A DNA stretch of 64,000 bases from an uncultured Atribacterota bacterium (GTDB lineage: Bacteria > Atribacterota > Phoenicimicrobiia > Phoenicimicrobiales > Stramentimicrobiaceae). Made by a program: the position numbers and the translations under genes. The notes beneath the pieces are model-generated. The model did no database searches and was not told the origin of the DNA. It saw only the letters and a list, made by a program, of their open reading frames with translations. This document shows, piece after piece, positions 57,966 through 64,000 of the stretch; the first letter of the stretch is position 1, and each line of letters starts with the position of its first letter. The stretch is from contig CAYSRG010000006.1 of assembly GCA_964433555.1 (NCBI GenBank), positions 11,520 through 75,519 on the forward strand, read 5' to 3'.

Positions 57966-58467
57966 CTCTTATTATAAAATATATATCTCTAATAAAGTTC
58001 GCCACACCCTGTAGCAACAAAATTAGTATTCCTAAAGTAAAAACAGTCCTATAGGGAGCTGCAGGCGGATACCAGAAGGTGGAAATCATCTTTTCATTAA
58101 TTCTCCAGGCCCTAATTGCCCAGTTTATTGACACAGTGAGTAAAGCAATAACTATAGGGAAAAAAAGGAATAGAGAAGAAATAACATTCATTAACGCTTG
58201 CTTTTTTGGTGATAATTTTCGATAGAATAAATCTACTCTAGTATGAGAATCACATAAATAATCATAAGCCCATCCCAGAACATATAGTATACCACCGGAT
58301 ATACATAAAGTATCATAAGCCCAAATGGTAGGCGCATTAAAGAAATGTCTGGAAATAGTATCATATGCGCCTACCAGAACAAGGAGCCAAGCAAACCATT
58401 TTGCCCCGGATGCGGCTAATTTACTTATTGAATCAATAGCAATTAGTATCTTTTTTAAGATCAGCAT
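57943..58467 (-). CDS. dctQ: TRAP transporter small permease (DctQ family)
   Basis: 174 aa, 4 TM, positioned between the P and M components. Confidence 0.8.
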   Translation of the reverse strand: MLILKKILIAIDSISKLAASGAKWFAWLLVLVGAYDTISRHFFNAPTIWAYDTLCISGGILYVLGWAYDYLCDSHTRVDLFYRKLSPKKQALMNVISSLFLFFPIVIALLTVSINWAIRAWRINEKMISTFWYPPAAPYRTVFTLGILILLLQGVANFIRDIYFIIRGEPLDST

Positions 58468-58501
58468 TTAATTGTAAACTCCTTGTTATTAATTAATATT
58501 G

Positions 58502-59542
58502 TTATTTATTAGAATAAGCCTGCCAGTATTTGTTCATAGATTCTAAAATATCACGATATACTTGGTCTTCTTTTGCTGCTTTCTCTTCATAATACTTTTT
58601 TGCTTCAGTAGACAGTGCTTCTTCTACTTCTGGAGGAAGTTTATAAACTGTACAGCCATATTCTTTAAATTTATCAAGTGCTAACATAGATTGATAAACT
58701 AAATATTCATGCTGGGCTTGGGTCCACTTATCAATTAAATCTTGCACTAACCGTTTGAGATCATCTGGAAGTTTTTCCCAGGAATCCTTATTCACAAAGA
58801 AGCACTGGGGATCACTTGGAGCTCGGGAAGGAGAAAGAATTACATATTCAGCAATTTCATTAAAATGCATGTCCCAGTTAGAGGCTAGTGTGGAATATTC
58901 AAAGGCATCAATAGTACCTCTCTGCATTGCTTCATAAAGTTCACCACCTGGTAAAAATACTACAGAGGCTCCCATTATATTCAAAACTTCGCCTGCGTCA
59001 CCAGAGGCACGAATCTTTAAACCTTTTATATCCCCTGCAGTCTTTATTTCTTTTTTAGAATGGAGGAAAACTTCTTCTGGTAGAGGGGATAAAGCTCCGG
59101 GGAAGGTCAGGACATTAAAACCTTCCATCATTTTATTCATCAATTCTGCACCGCCAGCATAATTAAACCAGGTTCGTAATGCCTCTCCAGGTAGACCACC
59201 AGGTCGAGAACTAATTAGTCCAGCAGCCGGCCATTTATCTAAATTATACATGGGACAGGTATAACACATATCTAATACGCCTTCACTAACTCCATTAAGT
59301 TCTTGTGTTGCGGGAATAACTGAACCACCCACAAAAGCCTGCACTTCTAATCTACCTCCGCTGGCTAAAGTAATCGCCTCGCAAAGTTTATCGTGATAAA
59401 TCTGAGATGGATCGGTAGCAGGACCGTGACCGGAAGATTTCCATACAATTTTATCTGCAGCAAAAGTTAAGATTGTACCAATAGCTACAAAAAATCCCAA
59501 CAGTAAAACAAACATTAATAACTTTTTTCTAAAGATACTCAT
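58502..59542 (-). CDS. dctP: TRAP transporter substrate-binding protein (DctP family)
   Basis: Signal peptide MSIFRKKLLMFVLLLGFFVAIGTILTFA. ..LKIRASGDAGEVL..LPGGELYEAMQRGTIDA.. DctP-like. Confidence 0.8.
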   Translation of the reverse strand: MSIFRKKLLMFVLLLGFFVAIGTILTFAADKIVWKSSGHGPATDPSQIYHDKLCEAITLASGGRLEVQAFVGGSVIPATQELNGVSEGVLDMCYTCPMYNLDKWPAAGLISSRPGGLPGEALRTWFNYAGGAELMNKMMEGFNVLTFPGALSPLPEEVFLHSKKEIKTAGDIKGLKIRASGDAGEVLNIMGASVVFLPGGELYEAMQRGTIDAFEYSTLASNWDMHFNEIAEYVILSPSRAPSDPQCFFVNKDSWEKLPDDLKRLVQDLIDKWTQAQHEYLVYQSMLALDKFKEYGCTVYKLPPEVEEALSTEAKKYYEEKAAKEDQVYRDILESMNKYWQAYSNK

Positions 59543-59967
59543 AACTAACCTCCTATTATTAATTTTAGAACCAACACAATGTTTCCAGTATAATTTTCTA
59601 GCTAATTTATTGAAATATGCCAGAAAAAAGATTTTTATTAAATAAATATATCACCTCACTTTCATCCTCTTTCTTCTACAAATAAAATTAATATCTAAAT
59701 TTATACAATTAGCTTACTGATTTTTATTTCTTTTTCTTTTTCACTACCTTTACTATAGAATATTTTACCATTTTCTATTAAAAATTTGATATTTTTCTGT
59801 AAAAATAAATTTATGTTGGCATTGGCATATTTAATATACAATGGTAGGTAATTTTTCAGTTTAATTCATTGAACAATGCCATACTCTTTTACTACCGGCA
59901 ATGAATTTCACCCGGCCAGAACCAGGGAAAGAATAGTGAGGAAGCTATTTTAATACTGTTGGGTTGT

Positions 59968-60897
59968 TTATTTCTTTGATCTTATCCATTCACCGTACAA
60001 TTTGATACCTTCTTCAATATTATATTCTGGCTGATATCCCAAATCTTTTCTTGCCCTGGTTATATCTAGTCCTTCTACTCTATTCATGAGTTTTCCATTT
60101 CCCAGGGAAATATCCACAGGAAAGTAGGTATACTTTTTACATAATGTTACAACTTCCTCTATTTTATAAGATTCTCCGGAAGAGAAATTATAAATTTTAG
60201 AGGCAGGATTTTTCTTTTTATACAATAAATATATTCCCTGAGCGGCATCCAGAACATAAGTAAAATCTATTATTTGATCACTTCCCTTAATCGATATTAA
60301 TCCTTTTAGCCCTTCCAAAGTTCCAAAAGTTAATTTGTATAAAGTAAAAAATGTTGATGGCATTCTGCCTGGACCATATACAAAATATAATCTTCCTATA
60401 CGAAAATCCATTTGATAAATATTTGAATATTGTATACCAATGAATTCCGCAGAAGCTTTCGAAGCAGCATATAAATCCTGAGGTTTAATGCAATCCTCTT
60501 CTTTTACTTTACCCTTTTTTTCTCCATATATTGCTCCGGTACTGGTAAAAACAATTTTCCCTATCCCAAAAATTCGGGATAATTCTAATATGTTTAAAAG
60601 ACCCATAACATTAAGTCTGATATTGAAATAGGGATTTTTGGGAACAAATTCTCCCATAATTGCTACTGTATGAATAATTCCTTCAATATCATGCTGATAC
60701 TCTTTGATAGTATCTGTTAATTTAGCAAAATCAAGTACATCCCCTTGAATGAAATGTAATTTTTCCTGGTAATTTTCTAAATATTCAGGACATTTATTAT
60801 TAATATCATAAACAATAACGTCTTGATTATTCTTAGCAAATAGATAAGCTATCCATGATCCTATATGTCCATAGCCTCCAGTAATAAAAACTGACAT
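59968..60897 (-). CDS. NAD-dependent epimerase/dehydratase (extended SDR)
   Basis: FITGGYGHIGS Rossmann motif and catalytic YAASKASAE (YxxxK). Confidence 0.8.
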   Translation of the reverse strand: MSVFITGGYGHIGSWIAYLFAKNNQDVIVYDINNKCPEYLENYQEKLHFIQGDVLDFAKLTDTIKEYQHDIEGIIHTVAIMGEFVPKNPYFNIRLNVMGLLNILELSRIFGIGKIVFTSTGAIYGEKKGKVKEEDCIKPQDLYAASKASAEFIGIQYSNIYQMDFRIGRLYFVYGPGRMPSTFFTLYKLTFGTLEGLKGLISIKGSDQIIDFTYVLDAAQGIYLLYKKKNPASKIYNFSSGESYKIEEVVTLCKKYTYFPVDISLGNGKLMNRVEGLDITRARKDLGYQPEYNIEEGIKLYGEWIRSKK

Positions 60898-60940
60898 AAA
60901 GTCTATCTCCTTTCACGTTAAAAGAATGAAAAAATAAAGT

Positions 60941-62515
60941 CTACTGTGGCAAATTTTTCATATAATCAGTCATAATCTGATTTAATTTATAATAAATTCC
61001 CGATTCATCTATCACTTTGTATAATTGGTCATGAATTTTTACTAAGTCCTGGTAAATCTTATTATTTAAATAAATCGGATTTTTTTGAGTAGAATAATCC
61101 AATTTGGTCATACAATCGGATGCGCTGATAATGTCTTTATATATACCGAGTTTTACTGCCGCTATTATAGCAGCTCCCAGAGTAGAAGTATCGTTATAAC
61201 CAGTCTTAATTACTGTCTTGCCATAAACATCAGCTTGTATTTGATTAAATAATTCAGATTGGGTTAATCCTCCGCTGATCCTTACTTCTTTTATGGATCC
61301 AATATGTTCTTCAATAATCAATATATTCTTTCGTATCTCAAAAGCTATACCTTCTAAAATTGCTCTAATAATGGAAGAGCACTTATGGTTTAGTGTTAAA
61401 CCAAATATAATTCCACGAGCTTCTGGATTCCAATAGGGAGCTGCTGAAGCAGCAAAATGAGGAATTAATAGTAAACCATTTGCTCCTATTTGCTCTTGTT
61501 CTGCTTCAGAATTCATAAAAGGATAAGCATCGGTCTTTAATTTTTCTTGATTTTCTCTATGGAAAAAACAAATATTATCCCTAAACCATCTATATATTGA
61601 ACCAGTTGTAAAAATACCGGCTTCCAATACCCACTTACCGGCAATGGAAGAAGCGCTACAAATTAAACGTAAATTTATATCTTTAAACGGTTTATCACAA
61701 TTAGTTAAAATAAAAGAACCTGTTCCTGTATTTACTTCTAACAAACCGTCTCTTACTATGCCTAATCCAATGGCAGAACATTGTTGATCCCCACCTGCCC
61801 CTATCACCGGTATACCCTCCGGCAAACCAAGTATAACGGCAGCAGAATGTTTCAATTTTCCAATAATAGAACCCGGGGGGACCACTTCTGGTAATTTATC
61901 AAACTCTATTCCTACATCATCTATTAGTTCCTCTTCCCATTTGAATTGGTCAATATTAAAAAGTAAAGTTCGGGAAGCCTGAGTCCAATCTGTTTTAAAT
62001 AAACCGGTTAAAAAATAGATAATAAAATCTTGAACTGGAAGAAATTTAAATGCTTTTTTATAAACCTCTTCTTTATTCTTTTTTAGCCATAGTATTTTTG
62101 GTAAAGCAAAATAGGGATCAACTCTTAAACCGGTAATATTATAAATCTTTTCTAATCCATATGAATTTATTAGATGCCTTGCTTCTTCTATTGCTCTTTT
62201 ATCCTGCCATAAAATAGCGTTATCTAAATGCTTACCTTTTTTGTCCACAGGAATAAAAGTAGACCTTTGCGAGGTAACTGAAATCGCACATAAATTCTTT
62301 AGATCGATATTTAAACTGATCATTGCTTCTCTTACTGTTTTTTGAACTGCCTTTAACCAGGTTGCTGGATCATGTTCAATCCAACCTGGAGACAAATAGA
62401 TACTCCGGTATTCTTGATAGGCTTGGCTGAGTTGTTCACCCTTTTCATTAAAAATGCCTGTACGGCAACCCGTCGTTCCTAAATCAATGCACATAATGAT
62501 TGAATTCATAGCCAT
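60941..62515 (-). CDS. FGGY-family carbohydrate kinase (substrate unknown)
   Basis: ..CIDLGTTGCRTGIF.. N-terminal phosphate motif. ..GGDQQCSAIGLG... 524 aa. Confidence 0.8.
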   Translation of the reverse strand: MAMNSIIMCIDLGTTGCRTGIFNEKGEQLSQAYQEYRSIYLSPGWIEHDPATWLKAVQKTVREAMISLNIDLKNLCAISVTSQRSTFIPVDKKGKHLDNAILWQDKRAIEEARHLINSYGLEKIYNITGLRVDPYFALPKILWLKKNKEEVYKKAFKFLPVQDFIIYFLTGLFKTDWTQASRTLLFNIDQFKWEEELIDDVGIEFDKLPEVVPPGSIIGKLKHSAAVILGLPEGIPVIGAGGDQQCSAIGLGIVRDGLLEVNTGTGSFILTNCDKPFKDINLRLICSASSIAGKWVLEAGIFTTGSIYRWFRDNICFFHRENQEKLKTDAYPFMNSEAEQEQIGANGLLLIPHFAASAAPYWNPEARGIIFGLTLNHKCSSIIRAILEGIAFEIRKNILIIEEHIGSIKEVRISGGLTQSELFNQIQADVYGKTVIKTGYNDTSTLGAAIIAAVKLGIYKDIISASDCMTKLDYSTQKNPIYLNNKIYQDLVKIHDQLYKVIDESGIYYKLNQIMTDYMKNLPQ

Positions 62516-62540
62516 CCTCTTCTTATATAAGGTAAGCTAA

Positions 62541-63839
62541 CTAAATCAAATTACCTTTTTTATCAAACCTTACATTTAAAAAATCGCCTCTAAATTCAAT
62601 ATCTTTTCGATCTTGTAGTTCTTTATATAAACCTTCAGACACCTGCATCTCACCTTTATGAGATGTACTGTCAATAATGCATAATTTAACATTCTCACTA
62701 TTTTTCTTGCCTTCTATCCGCATCAGACCGTTTAAGGAATTTAAGGCAATCATCATTGCTTTAAAATCATTTTCCGCGATAAGCGGGATTTTTCCTTTAT
62801 CCAAAAAAGTTGTTGTTATTACATTGTTATAAGTTACCTTTAAATTAATCTTATTAAACAATTTACTGGTAATTATATCCGCCTGACCTATTCCAATAGC
62901 ATTACCGTGACTCTCTTTGGTTAAATTAAGAGCCACAACATATTCAATTAAAGGCTGCCCGAAATACTTATTTCCAGTTGCATACATTTTTTCTGGATCA
63001 CTCTCTCCCCATACTCCTTTTCTTCCAATTAAATTTGTGTCCATACATGTACCACTAATATTTTTCCCTATATTTTTGATAACTAATACATCACATATTC
63101 TGAATGGCAACCATGGATAATATTTCTCTGCTAATTCATATAATCTTTTTTCCCTCTCTGGAATATCAATTGGATCAATTAACTCAAGATGTGCTGTATT
63201 TCCTCTTGCATTTTCAATAATAGCTATGCCAGTAATAATTTTTTTAGTGGTCAATACAACCTTAGCGCTGGCTGGAATAAGATTTTTAAGCCCCCAAACT
63301 CCGTATGAATGAATAATTTCAGCCTGTTTCTGCTTTCCTAATCCTACTGTCATTATCTTTAATAGACCACTCTCGGTTTTATTATCATAGTCAGTATGTT
63401 TCTTGATTCGATTAATAACAATAATTCCATCAGCTTGATAAGCATATCTATCTAAATAGACAGGGGTGTTATGCTCGGTTTCTCCAATCCTTACTACCTT
63501 CATGCTTGATTTTATAGGAGCTAGTAAATGTTCTTCAGTAATTCCTAAAGATTTTAATATTTCTGCCTGTCCCCTTGCAGTACCTCCACCATGACTGCCC
63601 ATAGCAGGTACAATAAATGGATGACCCCCCCATTTTTTTATTTCTATAATCAAGTACTTAATTATTGGCACCATATCCTTTATACCACGGCTACCCGCAG
63701 TAATAGCAATTTTATCACCTGGATGAATTCTGGAACCTAAATTAAACTGATTAATGTTTTTTAGTAATTCAAATCTAATATCCTGTATTTCTGGGTGATG
63801 ATAAAATTGCTGTAATTGAATAACTTTTGGTATATCCAA
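62541..63839 (-). CDS. LarA-like (lactate racemase N-terminal domain / DUF2088) protein
   Basis: 432 aa. ..AITAGSRGI..PAMGSHGGGTARGQ..INRIKKHTDY..GLLKIMTVGLGKQKQA.. recalls lactate-racemase-domain proteins. Assignment from memory. TTG start 11 nt after GGGAGGTG. Confidence 0.4.
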   Translation of the reverse strand: MDIPKVIQLQQFYHHPEIQDIRFELLKNINQFNLGSRIHPGDKIAITAGSRGIKDMVPIIKYLIIEIKKWGGHPFIVPAMGSHGGGTARGQAEILKSLGITEEHLLAPIKSSMKVVRIGETEHNTPVYLDRYAYQADGIIVINRIKKHTDYDNKTESGLLKIMTVGLGKQKQAEIIHSYGVWGLKNLIPASAKVVLTTKKIITGIAIIENARGNTAHLELIDPIDIPEREKRLYELAEKYYPWLPFRICDVLVIKNIGKNISGTCMDTNLIGRKGVWGESDPEKMYATGNKYFGQPLIEYVVALNLTKESHGNAIGIGQADIITSKLFNKINLKVTYNNVITTTFLDKGKIPLIAENDFKAMMIALNSLNGLMRIEGKKNSENVKLCIIDSTSHKGEMQVSEGLYKELQDRKDIEFRGDFLNVRFDKKGNLI

Positions 63840-64000
63840 GTTTTATTAGACACCTCCCTGCTTGTTTGATTGGATTATTTTAATCAGATGATTAAATGAC
63901 AAAGGTAAGATAATTTAAAGTAATGATAATTTCTGAAAAATTTTATTTAATTAAGGATACCTATTTTACCCCTGGCAAACAATTTTATTTTTTCTTTAAT

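Overview
AT-rich bacterial chromosomal segment (roughly one-third G+C by eye). It carries about 58 tightly packed protein genes, almost all on the minus strand, with GGAGG-like Shine-Dalgarno sites and frequent TTG/GTG starts. Gene content, in order: (1) 1-15.7 kb is an arabinan/L-arabinose utilisation locus: FGGY kinase, araD-like epimerase, GntR/PBP1 AraR-type repressor, a FucI-family isomerase, a CUT2-type ABC system, GH51 and GH43 hydrolases, a CUT1-type ABC system and galM. (2) purC, an RRM RNA-binding protein and two adjacent disrupted secreted-protein genes. (3) A redox cluster hdrC-hdrB-fdhA plus an iron-sulfur-flavoprotein-like gene, with no hdrA in the window. (4) An alpha/beta hydrolase and a ribose-type ABC system. 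(5) A SIMPL-like protein, msrA, a MoaD/ThiS-like beta-grasp protein, an AEC-like permease, a PAC2-family protein and an M20 peptidase. (6) An alpha-glucoside-type ABC operon with a ROK kinase and an MsmX/MalK-type ATPase, divergent from a fused otsA-otsB trehalose-6-P synthase/phosphatase. (7) fbaB, a CMD-family protein, a PEGA-repeat protein, HU, Asp23, SpoVS, a B12-binding radical SAM enzyme, trkA-trkH and an orphan ATP-grasp ligase. (8) A TRAP transporter with an SDR epimerase, an FGGY kinase and a LarA-like (DUF2088) protein. I saw no rRNA, tRNA, CRISPR array, intact transposase/integrase or recognisable defence genes, so I cannot point to a clearly new multi-gene system. The most unusual signals are listed here. 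(a) A GC-core palindrome present as one perfect and two degenerate copies, each just upstream of an unrelated gene (msrA, fbaB, trkA). (b) A textbook TTGACA-17-TATAAT promoter with tandem AraR-like half-sites, stranded about 950 nt upstream of the first intact gene of its operon by decayed coding DNA. (c) Two neighbouring, comparatively GC-rich secreted-protein genes that are each broken by one frameshift. (d) The hdrCB-fdhA-flavoprotein module. (e) The TRAP/LarA-like cluster. All functional calls rest on motif recognition in the translated ORFs from memory; no database search was possible.
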